IMG/VR virus record: IMGVR_UViG_3300037067_012889
Coordinates: 1 to 64,000 of that record
DNA length: 64,000 nucleotides
From: a virus
Lineage: Duplodnaviria; Caudoviricetes
Strand: one strand, 5' to 3'
Shown here: positions 48,652 through 59,800 of the stretch, one piece after another
Numbering within the stretch: the first letter of the stretch is position 1
Layout of the letters: every line of letters begins with the position of its first letter
Notes under the pieces: model-generated
The model's database searches: none
What the model saw: only the letters and a program-made list of their open reading frames with translations
Told to the model about the DNA's origin: nothing
Translations under genes and position numbers: made by a program

Positions 48652-49005
48652 ATGAACGAGTTGCTCATCATTGCCGTATTTGGCGATTCTTTCGCAACAA
48701 GATTCATGCAAGATGCCGATGTGTTCGAACATTTCAAGATTATTGCAAAGCCCGTACATTTAAAACTGACCTTAAAGCCGGGCTGCACAAAAATCAAAGC
48801 TTTGGTCGATACGCGAGATCTACTGGAAGAGAACGGCCAACGTGTCGCAGCCGTATTCATCCCAAATGATCCAGAGGGAGCGTGGAGAGATGATAAGATT
48901 CTCTCCATAAGTGATGGCACAAAATGGTGCACACTCAACGATTGCCTTGATGCTTATGGTTTCGTGCAGCCAGAAGCCATATTACAAGAGAAAGCTGAAA
49001 AATGA
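48652..49005 (+). CDS. hypothetical protein
   Basis: Co-oriented ORF. Confidence 0.55.
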   Translation: MNELLIIAVFGDSFATRFMQDADVFEHFKIIAKPVHLKLTLKPGCTKIKALVDTRDLLEENGQRVAAVFIPNDPEGAWRDDKILSISDGTKWCTLNDCLDAYGFVQPEAILQEKAEK

Positions 49006-49164
49006 GCTTCAAGAAAGCAGTAACGTTCCCACGTGAATTGCGAGAGAAAGCCAAAAAAGAAAAATTGGCCCTCGTCTGTATCTCTGTCCCAGGTATGGAG
49101 TATGTCGGTGCACTTCCGGACGAATTGGCATCTAAACTCATCAACTGGACGACCGAGAACATCT

Positions 49165-49956
49165 TCAAGAGAGACCACAAATCGAAAGCATAACCTCGTT
49201 TAATTCGCTCTTCGATATCGATCTCTGACCAACAGTATTGTTGTGGTCCCATTTAAAACGATTCAATCCAGCTATAACTGAATCGATGCGTTTCTCATCT
49301 TCTAACTTTATATAATAGTGTGCAGTCGACGCCACTGACAATTCTTTACTTGCCTTGCCCGCATACATACCTACTCTTCTTACACAGAAATGTGCTTCAT
49401 TTCTCCTCACATAGGAGAATCCGACCGGTGCGGCACGATGTTGTTTTGGTCTGGGAACATTTTTATTTTCCCAGATTTGAAACACTACGGGCACTTCTTG
49501 TACTTTTCCATCTAATGTAGCGTTCTTTAACGGAACGTCTATCTGTTTCACCAGATGGTAATTCTTAGGCACTCTCGCCTGTATGCTGTCCTTCTTATAT
49601 GACAATGGCAAGATGAATGCGATAGTATCAGCTATTTCAGCACATTTCTTGATAAATGCGAGAGCTAATGATCCATTTGTACCAAAAGGTGGATTACCTA
49701 TACATAATATGTCTTTGCGATCTACTGGTCCGACGTAGCCTAGTCGTAAGAAGTTATATTTTACTATCGACGAATGTTTTGGGTCTATGTCGAAGGCAAC
49801 ACATCCTGGTATTTGGCAAGAAAATGAGCCATCTCCAGCCGATGGCTCAATCACTAATTTAAATCTGGATGTATCGACTTCATCGATTAACTTCTTTGCT
49901 ATATCTGGAATAGTAAAAAATGTACATTGGCTGCTTTTTCTTATATGAATTCCCAT
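49165..49956 (-). CDS. DNA amino-methyltransferase (N6-adenine type, NPPF)
   Basis: FFT, IEPSAGDGSF (motif I), IGNPPFG (motif IV), AFILP. Confidence 0.9.
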   Translation of the reverse strand: MGIHIRKSSQCTFFTIPDIAKKLIDEVDTSRFKLVIEPSAGDGSFSCQIPGCVAFDIDPKHSSIVKYNFLRLGYVGPVDRKDILCIGNPPFGTNGSLALAFIKKCAEIADTIAFILPLSYKKDSIQARVPKNYHLVKQIDVPLKNATLDGKVQEVPVVFQIWENKNVPRPKQHRAAPVGFSYVRRNEAHFCVRRVGMYAGKASKELSVASTAHYYIKLEDEKRIDSVIAGLNRFKWDHNNTVGQRSISKSELNEVMLSICGLS

Positions 49957-49982
49957 GTATTTAAAATACCATAGGAGTAATT

Positions 49983-50357
49983 ATGAAACATACAGAGACA
50001 CCATGGGAAGTCCGGAAGGCTAAGACTAATAGTAGATTTTCTGAAAGTTGGCGTGAAATCTATGCTGGCCGCATACCAGTTGTATGCGCCACCTCATATG
50101 ATTCTAGTAGAGATGGAACCATCTGCGGTGTTCATATCAACGATTACGATGCTGAATTTATTGCATGCGCATGCAATAATCACGAAGAGCTATTACGAGT
50201 CTGTGAAATGTTAGTCCGCGACATAGAGGCAGATCCGATGGCCGCAGCTTATTTTGATTTGCGACACATCGAGGCCGCACAAGTTATATTGACTAAAGTG
50301 AAGAAATGCGAGCTTCAGATTCCACACCAAACAAGCTCAGCATCTGCTACATCATAG
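49983..50357 (+). CDS. phage hypothetical protein (HTxxPW / AEFIA..CN motif)
   Basis: MKHTETPW...DAEFIACACN; AGGAG SD; GTATTTAA at 49957-49964. Confidence 0.7.
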   Translation: MKHTETPWEVRKAKTNSRFSESWREIYAGRIPVVCATSYDSSRDGTICGVHINDYDAEFIACACNNHEELLRVCEMLVRDIEADPMAAAYFDLRHIEAAQVILTKVKKCELQIPHQTSSASATS

Positions 50358-51465
50358 ACAAGCTGAAGCACGCGATTCAACTCTGCGATAGTTTTACTCT
50401 CTGTAACACGCGGTGCAAGTCTTGTAAGTGGCCAAGCCTTAGAAATTTCGGCGGCGATCAAATCTTTCACATCCTGAGGGCATTCTTCCTCGTAATGTGA
50501 CAAGTCATGGTTCTCATTGCACTTCTCAAGGACTTTGGCTAACTCAATCCTATATCGCCAATTTGTCATCGGTCAAAACCTTGTGTTAATCTTGTCTATG
50601 TCGGCTCGATAGCCAGGCAGTTCGCCAGCTAATGCTCTAAGGATCTTACCGACCTTCATATCTTGGTCGCTATCCCAATAATCAAAAGCCTCTGCGGCAA
50701 TCTTCCGAATTGATAGTAATTCCTCACATTCAGTCGGAATATCAATCGTATATAGAAACTGGCGAAAATCATCGATCGTCAAATCGCGTCGTTCAACGAT
50801 CTGTGCAATTACAATCTCTGGTAATTTCATGTTCGGTGCCTGCCACGTTCTAGTACTGGGCGTCGATTCTTGCGCTCTTCTTGTTTTGCCAATTCTTTAG
50901 CACGAGCAGAATTTCCGCTCATCTTATTGTCAGAGATTACCTGATCTATAGTCTCCCACATAAATTCTCGTTCACATTCGCCGAGAGGCCATTCTTTATC
51001 TCCAACACGCAACACTACATCGATAGTCATATGATTTGAAGAAATAACAATGTCGAATTTATTGGTTACACCATATGCTTTCAACATTCGTCTTTTGCAT
51101 TCGGCGAATGATGAGAGACCTATTCCATTCGTCATGGTGATATATGCCATATCATTTACAACGGCATTAATATGACAATATAATATCGCTCCACAGATAG
51201 GGCGAACTTCCACACAGACAGAATGAGTTTCTTTGACATTATCTTGATCACATTCAGTCTCAGTGTCGCTTTCAACGCTGTCTTCATCGTCGATAAAATC
51301 CATTACAACTCCGCAAGAAAATTTACAGTGGTAAATATGATGGCTCAGGAGCACATCATGCACAGGCTCAAACGATTATTGTGTTTTAGAAAACGTAAAA
51401 AGGCCATATGTTTTCGGTGGCGTATTGGCCCGGTTGAAACATCACCGAAAAATGGAGAAGTTACG

Positions 51466-51846
51466 ATGAGTATTGTCCTTAAAGACACCCAGAGAGTTTC
51501 CATTAGTGTATCGCCGGTTGATGCAAAGGGGAACCCAGCAAAAGTGGACGGAGCACCTTCTTGGGCAGTAGTTGGCCCCGCAATCGTCACACTTGTGCCA
51601 TCCGACGACGGGTTGACATGTGTCGCAACAACAACCGGTGATTTGGGCACAACCCAAATCACGGTGTCGGCAGACGCCGATGTTGGCGAAGGTGTGCAAA
51701 CCATCTCTGGCCTACTGGACGTCGAAGTTGTTGGTGGTGTTGCCGTCAGTTTGAGTGTTGCTGCTGGCGTTCCTGAGGAAATTCCTACCACGCCAGAAAC
51801 CACTACGACGCCAGCACCAGTTGCGACCGATGCACCGGCTGCGTAG
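51466..51846 (+). CDS. Ig-like domain protein, possible virion decoration
   Basis: Beta-rich VSPVDAKGNPA..PSW..GTTQITVSAD; P/T/A tail; GGAG SD. Confidence 0.7.
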   Translation: MSIVLKDTQRVSISVSPVDAKGNPAKVDGAPSWAVVGPAIVTLVPSDDGLTCVATTTGDLGTTQITVSADADVGEGVQTISGLLDVEVVGGVAVSLSVAAGVPEEIPTTPETTTTPAPVATDAPAA

Positions 51847-51869
51847 TTTCATTGCTATTTGATTATCGT

Positions 51870-51905
51870 GCCGCCCTGCCAGCTTAGCTGGCAGGGCGGC
51901 TATTT
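51870..51905 (+). terminator. 14-bp GC stem-loop terminator
   Basis: GCCGCCCTGCCAGC-TTA-GCTGGCAGGGCGGC followed by TATTT. Confidence 0.75.
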
Positions 51906-51997
51906 AGAACGTACGTGGCAGTGGTACTACATTTCGCCGTTTGTACTGCTGATCTGGTAAATCTCGTGGTGGTATATCATCTCGAATGATATAGAAT

Positions 51998-52750
51998 TTA
52001 TTGTTCATCTTTGTCGTGTGATCTCTTCTGATCTTCCATGTTTCTGATTGCGTTGTCTGAACAAGCAACAATATCAAGTGGACCTATCCACATAGGCTCT
52101 CTCGATACTGACAATTTGTCCATTACAATATCCCTCGGATCCAACAATCCAATTCTGCCCTTCGATCCAGATGGGAGTCGAATCGATAGTGCAGTGATCA
52201 TGTTGTCATGACAAAAGCTCGCTGCAATCTTTTGTTCTTCTGCCGACAGATTATCAAATTCCGACATGTCTATCAGACCGTTTGGTGATCTTGACTGCAG
52301 CATTGGCCGCGATCCGAATCGCAGCGGTTGAAATAAAATTACTTTATCACCAGATGAAAGATCTTCGCGCTCTATCAGATTGCGGAGTTTGAATCTTTTG
52401 ACGCTCTCGCTAAGATTAGGCATCAAGACAATGCTATATCTATCATCAGTAACGGCCCAATCTAGTGTGAACCATTTATCGGGCCGATTGTCGGACCATT
52501 CATAAAGATCACGATAAACTTCCGCAGCATCCGGTATCAAAAAGACCGGTGCAAAAGGCGAGCTACCTTCAACAGAACTATCAGATACCCAGATACAGCT
52601 GGCTGCCTCTGCGATAACAGAGGCGTCAGAGACAATTTGATATATGTCAGTGATCTGTTTTTTAGATGGGTCATTAATTATAGATTTATCTGTCCGCCTA
52701 CAGCACATTGGGAAATATGATACAATAATTTGCATACTAGACTCTTGCAT
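51998..52750 (-). CDS. hypothetical protein
   Basis: 250-aa ORF in a minus-strand run. Confidence 0.65.
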   Translation of the reverse strand: MQESSMQIIVSYFPMCCRRTDKSIINDPSKKQITDIYQIVSDASVIAEAASCIWVSDSSVEGSSPFAPVFLIPDAAEVYRDLYEWSDNRPDKWFTLDWAVTDDRYSIVLMPNLSESVKRFKLRNLIEREDLSSGDKVILFQPLRFGSRPMLQSRSPNGLIDMSEFDNLSAEEQKIAASFCHDNMITALSIRLPSGSKGRIGLLDPRDIVMDKLSVSREPMWIGPLDIVACSDNAIRNMEDQKRSHDKDEQ

Positions 52751-53441
52751 AACTCACCATCGGCCTTGTCTCAGGTATGGTTCAAGTGCTTTCAATTCTA
52801 CAATATGGCCTTCTATCGCATCCAATGCCTTATCACACGCAATACCATTTCTAAAATTATACATATGTCCTTCCATAGACATAAGAATCACGACATGCTG
52901 ATCAAATGGGTTTTCTTGCTTCCAATGCTCTCGCCAGTTCTTTTCACACATCATCTATTAACCCAGTGTGTACGATATTGACGTTTGATTGTATCAAACT
53001 TCCAAACTTTATACTGCGATTTTCTGCAAAGAGTGCATGCTCTTACCTGTGGAACAATTTTATTATTGCCGCATGCAGGCCCTTCAACTATTGTCCGCCA
53101 TTTATGTTGGCACATAGTAACTCTGGTCGCCATTTATATTGTTTTAGCACGAACGACGAACACGCTTAGCCCAGGCGACCATTATTATTATTCGCTTTGT
53201 TTGCCTAAAGTATCGACTGGCACATATTCGGAAAATCCAAACAAACTGCGCCATGATACTAGATATAATTTACCCCAATTCCGGCGAAAGAAGCATCGCC
53301 ACGGAACTCCACCACCAAGTGTTAGGCGTTTTTTCCAAAATGGGACCCATTGCTGTCTAAGAAGACACCATCGATAAAAGCCATATGGGCTTCGTTTTAG
53401 CCATCTGAGCTTAAACGGGCACCCATAAATAGTCAGATGCA

Positions 53442-53914
53442 TTATGGTACTTCCTCGACAGCGATCGCCTGATCACTGTCTAGATACCACCCCTGAATAT
53501 CTTCCATAGTAGTAAGATTTTCTGGTATTTCGCTGTCGAGTGCCTTCGCCGCTTCTTCTGGCGAACTAGCCATATCAACAAACTTGATTTTGACTTCTTG
53601 CGTAAAAAGATTCGCTATCGCTACTGCAAAACGGCTCATAGTGTTCCCTCCTGTCCACAGACTTCATCCCACTCTTTTTTGATGGCCTCTAATTCTTCTG
53701 ACGTTATAGATTCTGGATCAAAATGAAAATCATTGTGGTTCTGATCCATCACGGAGTAGCCGTGCTCTATCGAGAATAGCTCGCCGAAAAAATCAAAAAC
53801 AACAACTGCACCATATTCTTCATAGTCGCTCCATGAATTTTCATAGACGACTTCGAGATTCTCAAAGCCACTAGGACAATCGTCTTCAAGACACTCCAAC
53901 AAAGTCATATTCAA
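53442..53914 (-). CDS. two small acidic hypothetical proteins (53636..53914 and 53442..53639)
   Basis: ATGA-coupled; TGCTATAA on the minus strand at 53943-53950. Confidence 0.6.
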
Positions 53915-53956
53915 CTTTTCAATTATTGTTCCCGCCTATCGGTTATAGCATAGAGG

Positions 53957-54346
53957 TTAATCTGAGTTAACCTCTTCCGTTGTCCCGAGTAATTTCAACT
54001 GATTTTTCGTAAGTTTAGACGCCTTCCTAAGCATAACTTTACCACTAGCAATGGCACGAATATATGCCATACCATCGATTCCGAGGAATACTTTCCCGTT
54101 AATAAACGTATCTTGGACCCTGACTGTTGGTAAAAACCCTTTACCGTCAAAGCTTTCAACGTGGCAAATTGCCAAACCGTCCTCATTCTTTGCACGTAAA
54201 AAATCTTCAGCATGTATGACAACACAACACTCAGTCGGAATTTCACCTCTCGTATCCAGATCACTGCGCCACACTTGTCGCATTTTCGAATTCATGATGA
54301 CTCTCTGTGACTTTGTATAATACCTATGCTCAGATACTGATGTCAT
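53957..54346 (-). CDS. hypothetical protein
   Basis: 129-aa ORF. Confidence 0.55.
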   Translation of the reverse strand: MTSVSEHRYYTKSQRVIMNSKMRQVWRSDLDTRGEIPTECCVVIHAEDFLRAKNEDGLAICHVESFDGKGFLPTVRVQDTFINGKVFLGIDGMAYIRAIASGKVMLRKASKLTKNQLKLLGTTEEVNSD

Positions 54347-54357
54347 ATTGGTATTTA

Positions 54358-54437
54358 AATTAAAAAGTCATCGGTGTCGTGCTAAAACCAATCAGACAAT
54401 TAAAAAATCGTCGGTGTCGTGCTAAAACCAGTCAGAT
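54358..54437 (+). repeat. 2 x 40-bp tandem repeat, each containing CGTGCTAAAAC promoter-like motif
   Basis: Period 40; TCGGTGTCGTGCTAAAACCA is identical in both copies. Confidence 0.9.
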
Positions 54438-54461
54438 AAGCATTATAGGAGATATTGAGAA

Positions 54462-55178
54462 ATGTGCGAACCCTGCCACAGCATTGTACAATATCCAGAT
54501 CACGATGACGACGATCGATCGTCTGGGACGCCGACCGAACAGCGCGTTTCCAAGATGAAACTTGGGGAATGGCTTCGGAAAATTGGCCAATGGCTCCATT
54601 TGTCCAAAATGGGCGAAGGCCATACCGAAGCTGTTCAGAAGATGAGCCATCAATCGGAACTCTTCCTCCCAGCGGCCCAACTCTACCTCCCAACTCCAAC
54701 CCTCTACGAAGTGAATTGGTGGGAGCGCACATTGCACATCGACGGTGCATTCCGTGGCGGATTCAATGGAATTGGAAGAAATGGCCTCGCGAGGTACTCT
54801 GCCGAAAATATGGCTGCTCGTAGAGGAGTCAACCAACTTCTCGAACAAGAGGCCAAAAAAGCGGCGCAACAATATGCGAATGCTGTCTCTATCGGCAGTA
54901 TGACTGCATTGCGCAGGTTTCTCACAACATCTATGGAAAAGAGTGTAATGCCGTGGAGGTACATTGAGCTGTTTAAGGAAATGCTTAATGCAGCCGGTCA
55001 AAACAAGTTCCTTCAAAAAATCGGGTCACTTACAATGCGACGTGGCCGTATCGAAACGAGGAATGCCAAAAATGCTACTAAAGTTATGATGTGGTTCACT
55101 CGGAAGCGCGAGTTCCTTATCCCCGAATGGGCAGACGACAAGCGTCTGTGGGTGCCAAACAAGTCCGTCATGGAATAG
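54462..55178 (+). CDS. basic hypothetical protein
   Basis: AGGAG SD; alternative start at 54555. Confidence 0.7.
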   Translation: MCEPCHSIVQYPDHDDDDRSSGTPTEQRVSKMKLGEWLRKIGQWLHLSKMGEGHTEAVQKMSHQSELFLPAAQLYLPTPTLYEVNWWERTLHIDGAFRGGFNGIGRNGLARYSAENMAARRGVNQLLEQEAKKAAQQYANAVSIGSMTALRRFLTTSMEKSVMPWRYIELFKEMLNAAGQNKFLQKIGSLTMRRGRIETRNAKNATKVMMWFTRKREFLIPEWADDKRLWVPNKSVME

Positions 55179-55426
55179 GACGCCGGGTCATAGCCTTAGT
55201 CTGGTACGCACCCGTCGCTTTACAGCCCATTCCACTAATGGTTGTCAAGAAAGGAGCAAATACAACTCGGTTGCCACTTGGAAAATAGTGGCCGTCGTGA
55301 CCGACCAGAAAAGGTCTGTGGGATTGCCCATATAGGTAGTTCTAGTTTCTAGACCGTGATAATAAGTCTAGAATTATTATCACACCAGTCGAACAAGCTT
55401 GAACCCTATCATCTGGTGGTGTCTTA
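55176..55426 (+). ncRNA. candidate multi-helix structured ncRNA
   Basis: Closing helix 55176-55184/55418-55426 encloses at least six hairpins and an 8-nt loop-pairing element. Confidence 0.55.
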
Positions 55427-55459
55427 AATATTAAAATTAAATGAAGAACGAAAAATGTG

Positions 55460-55496
55460 GGCAGCGGGGAGTAGAACATCACTACTCCCCGCTGCC
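55460..55496. terminator. 15-bp perfect stem-loop
   Basis: GGCAGCGGGGAGTAG / CTACTCCCCGCTGCC. Confidence 0.7.
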
Positions 55497-55674
55497 GTAT
55501 TTGAAATGTATGGTTATATTGGTCGACCCCTGTGCTCATGGTCCGCATATCTGGTGGCCAGCCAACATGTGGTGTTATCTTGGTTCCTATATCGATTTCC
55601 TCCGATTAGAGAAGACGCATATTATAGCTAGACGAAATGTCTATTACTTTTCTAAAATAGAAAATTGCTAAGAT

Positions 55675-56475
55675 ATGTATACGACAACTCCGCGTTTGAT
55701 TGCATATCGTGGTATGTCCAAGACAGTTAGAGATTGGGCGATTTTTCTCGGCATACCAGAGACCACTATTCGTGGCAGAATAGCAAGGGGATTGCGGAAT
55801 CCAAGTGAGATTCTGAGTGCGACCTATGCAGCAAACTATGACCATTTAGCACGAACTATTACCTATAATGGTAAAACTCAGTCAGTACAAAAGTGGGCAC
55901 AGGAGCTCGATTTACCGGCAGTCACAATTCATAGGCGAATCAAAATAGGCATTACAAACCCAGAAACACTGCTTTGTACAGACAGACTCGCCAGCAAAAG
56001 GGAAACGATAGAGTACGAAGGCCAATTATGTTTAATTAAAGAATTAGCGGCCACTCGCGGGATTTCAACTACACAGCTACGTAAGCGACTAAAGCATGTC
56101 TCTGTCGAAGAAGCCCTGTCACCGTCATATACTTATCCTGTACGCAATTACCCAGCAACAAGATATACTTGTAATGGCGAAACATTAACGATGCGTGAGT
56201 GGGCAAAAAAGCTCGGATGTACTAGACAATGCATCCATTTACGTCTAAAATCATATCCGCCAGAAATTGCATTAGATCCGATAAAATGGGCGAAATATCC
56301 CATGCATATTGGTCATAGTGGTGGAAAAGTAGCGAAAAGATATGCTTGTAATGGTAAGTCGTTAACCATTCGAGAGTGGGCAAAAAAGCTTGGATATCGA
56401 GAATGCACAATATACGAGCGCTTAAAGAAATATCCAATAGAAATCGCACTAAAGAAACGCAAATGGCTCCGATAG
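55675..56475 (+). CDS. tandem HTH-repeat DNA-binding protein (homing-endonuclease-type accessory repeats, no nuclease domain seen)
   Basis: Five repeats of (Y/C)xGxxxTxxEWAxxLGxxxxTIxxRL. Confidence 0.75.
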   Translation: MYTTTPRLIAYRGMSKTVRDWAIFLGIPETTIRGRIARGLRNPSEILSATYAANYDHLARTITYNGKTQSVQKWAQELDLPAVTIHRRIKIGITNPETLLCTDRLASKRETIEYEGQLCLIKELAATRGISTTQLRKRLKHVSVEEALSPSYTYPVRNYPATRYTCNGETLTMREWAKKLGCTRQCIHLRLKSYPPEIALDPIKWAKYPMHIGHSGGKVAKRYACNGKSLTIREWAKKLGYRECTIYERLKKYPIEIALKKRKWLR

Positions 56476-56876
56476 GTGAATGCGTTTTCTGCGGCTATTG
56501 CTGTAAGAAGGCTCCCTGTGGCTGGGGAGCGTTGGCTAAAGATGGTTCGTGTGCAAAACTCATTCCACACCCGATACTGCCATGTCGATTTATCTGTGGC
56601 ATCTATGACGAAATCATCGGTAAGCCTACATCCGAAATCAGCCCTGCGTTTGGTGCTGGCTGCTGTTGCGGCCTGAATTCTCTTCGTAGGCATATCATAT
56701 TTATCAATAAAATAATATGCAATGGATGACACATATTGCTATCGGTGCGGAGACAAGGTAATACCAAACGTAGACGCCATATTAGATTATGGTGATAATT
56801 ACCTATGTGCTATATGCCACTACATCGAATTTGATGTCTTCCCGACAGGAATGACACCAACCGATTATCCAGAAAA

Positions 56877-59800
56877 CTACCACTCTTCATCGTCGTCATC
56901 TTCGCCGCCGATAGCGGGCACGTAATTAATTACGACTTCCTTGATTTTCTCGTAGTATTCGACTTCATTTGCCGTGCCATCATATCCATATGCACGTGCA
57001 CTGGAAAGCAATTTGTCGATTGTCCATCCATCGATATCGACGCCACGCTCGATGACATATTCAGAGATGACCCTGACCCAGCTAGGCCAAAGATTGCTTG
57101 GGACTTTTAAATCTTCCTTATAATCTTCCCATAATTCGCCATCGTCATCGATGTATTCTTCGAGGAATTTTATGTGTTGCTCTTCGTACCAGACTACTTT
57201 AATCGCTTCGTATACTTTATTTTCAATAGCACGAATTGGTTTCATCAATCTGCGCTTTTCTGTCCTAATCTTTTCAACCTTGCACTCTTCAATAGCAGCC
57301 AATGCCACGTTCTCATCAAAAACGATAAGCGCGTTATTTTTCCATTGCGGATTATTCAGATCCACTGAACGTCCGCTACAACACGATAGTTTGAAGCTCA
57401 AACCATCTTTTTTACACCACCTGATGTTGACGGTAGAATATTCAGGACCTTCAACACATCTGGTTAATAATTTTTTCGCCAGTGCTGCGTGATATTGCAA
57501 GAAATAGAGAGTAAGCCTTTCTTTCTCTTCTACTGTAATAGCAAGCGGCTTCATCCATATTCGACGTCCGTCTTTGCGTCTCCAATCAGTGAACGCCGAA
57601 CGATCATCTGCATCTGGTGCAATTGCTTTTTCCAATTCGGCCAACGCATATTCTGCGGCTTGCTTCCGCTCCATGTCGGTCAGATGTTCCTGTGGTCGTG
57701 CCCCGATGAGCCACTCACTCCATCGTGCGTGATTCCATATCAGCTGCCAGCTTTCATGACGCTTATCGACGACGGTCCATTCTTTCACAGACACCATGCG
57801 TACAAACACACCACAATCAAAATGGATGATGTTGGTGCCATCAGTTGATGCCAGCACGGACCCAAGTTGAGTATCGGCACACAACTTCCAAACTTCCTCC
57901 CTGGCCCAAATGTTTTCAGCATTCTCGCACCGTAACACTACGTAGCTCCGATCGGGTCGATAGAAGACGGCCATCGTTTTGTCGTCGCAAAGTTTGCCGA
58001 CAGCCTGCTCATGTGCTTCCGTCAAAGCTCCGTCATTTAGTAGCTTCCGACGACCGAATTCAACAACGATCATTCTCAATGCTTTCGAATCGTCAGACGT
58101 TAATGCACGGTGTTCTCGCGTCTTGAATTTCCACCATTTTATCAATGCATCAATGCTTCTCTCCGCCCTCGCAAATGAAACGTCGTGCTTTTTAGCAATT
58201 TCGCTAACAAGCAATTGGCGAAATGGTGCTTCTTCGGCTGCTTCTCTCTTTTTAATCGCCAATGCCGCCTTTAATAGCGGTATCATACTGAGATAGCGAT
58301 GACGATTCGTTCGCGACCTGATATAGAACTCAATGTCGGAGGCAGTAACGCTGTCGATATTGATGATGAAGTCGTCAGTTAAACAGATGCGATAACTCAC
58401 ACGTGGTCTATTAGCGTCCGCATAGTCAGATTGGTATAAGAATTTAAAGCTTCTTTCATCAATCTTTCTATCGAGAACATATATCTCATGGTCGTTCGGC
58501 CAGCTGGCCCATCTATTGCTCTTTCGGTCTTCCAAGCCATGCTGCCGAGAGTAAAAACTGTCGAACTCGCCAATGATTCTGCATCCTACTTCCAACTCAT
58601 TGTTCACATTGGCGAGCCAATCTTTATAACTCGGCCTTCCATTTCCAAGCAAGTTCTCAGCGTCATACAGTAACGTTATGTACTTCTGGCCATCCAGATT
58701 ACAGACGTTGATTTGCTCATTGATCGGCAATGGATGAAACACTTTTGTGCGATCGAGCAGACCCTGGATCAGAATCAATGCCGTATAAAATCGGCGTTTC
58801 TTCGCTTCGGCCCTGTCCATAGCCTGCATATACTTTGCAGACCCTGGGATTAATGGTTCTCGCTTCTGCTCGCGCGTATCCCAATCCGTGTGCGTTTCGT
58901 AGAAGAAGTGTTCGAACTCGTCTTTTCGTGGCAAAAACACTTCATCGACCCATAGCGTCGTATAGATTCGATATAAGTTGTCGCCATTACGAATAAGAAT
59001 GTAAAGGCACTTGTTCAGACGATTCAATTCACCGTTGACAAGCGGATTGTCGTCGTAAAACTTATCATTACGCCGAGGCTTGATTGCCACGACGCCTTTA
59101 GTTTCAGGCAACACCTGTTGCAGGTGAGATGGCTCACATATCCATCGATCGAATTCGGATATTTCTTTGAAATCGACACCGCCACGCTTGGCCATGTCTT
59201 CTGCAGCCGCACTTTCTTCATCCATGAATAACACTTGCTGCCTGATGACTATTTTCTCGTCATCGGGTGCTGGCTCACCTTTCGCCAATCGGATGATCTC
59301 TTCGTCCTGCCCCAAGTAAGCATTGATCATATAGATTGCTTCTTGGGCCATTTCGATTTGTCGAGTTAGAGCATCCGTTTTCGCTCTCAGGATCAATTCT
59401 TGCTCTTTAATCAGCGTCTGCAGAGCAGAATGCCGTTTTGCAATTTGATTCTTCGTAACAGCAAAAACGGTTTTTACTCTTTTCAGATTCTTAGCAGCCG
59501 TTGTTGGATTCGCACGGCTCGCCATTGCGATTAGATCTGTCCCGGTCGGCTGTTGTGATTCGACCGGATGTGCATCGTCAGCTAGCAATTTCGGTGTTGA
59601 AGCCGATTCGATAAGGTTGTCCTGACGATCGCCGACAGCATGCAGACTCGACATTAGGGCGACGAGTTCTCTTTGTCGTTCCTCGACCCCATCTGGGGCA
59701 TATTCGAAGTGGTCTAGAAATACTTCGAGCGTGAACGTCCAAGTACTGTCGCCCTTAATGAGCGTTACTTCGTCTCCTTGGACACCCGAAAGATACCACA

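Noticed and set aside
54358-54437. Mini CRISPR array
   Set aside because: Only two head-to-tail copies with no unique spacer and no cas gene; better explained as a promoter duplication
55176-55426. tmRNA (GCA AAT... could read ANTTRLPLGK)
   Set aside because: No alanyl acceptor stem with G3-U70, no T-loop or CCA end, and the tag lacks a hydrophobic Ala-Ala end
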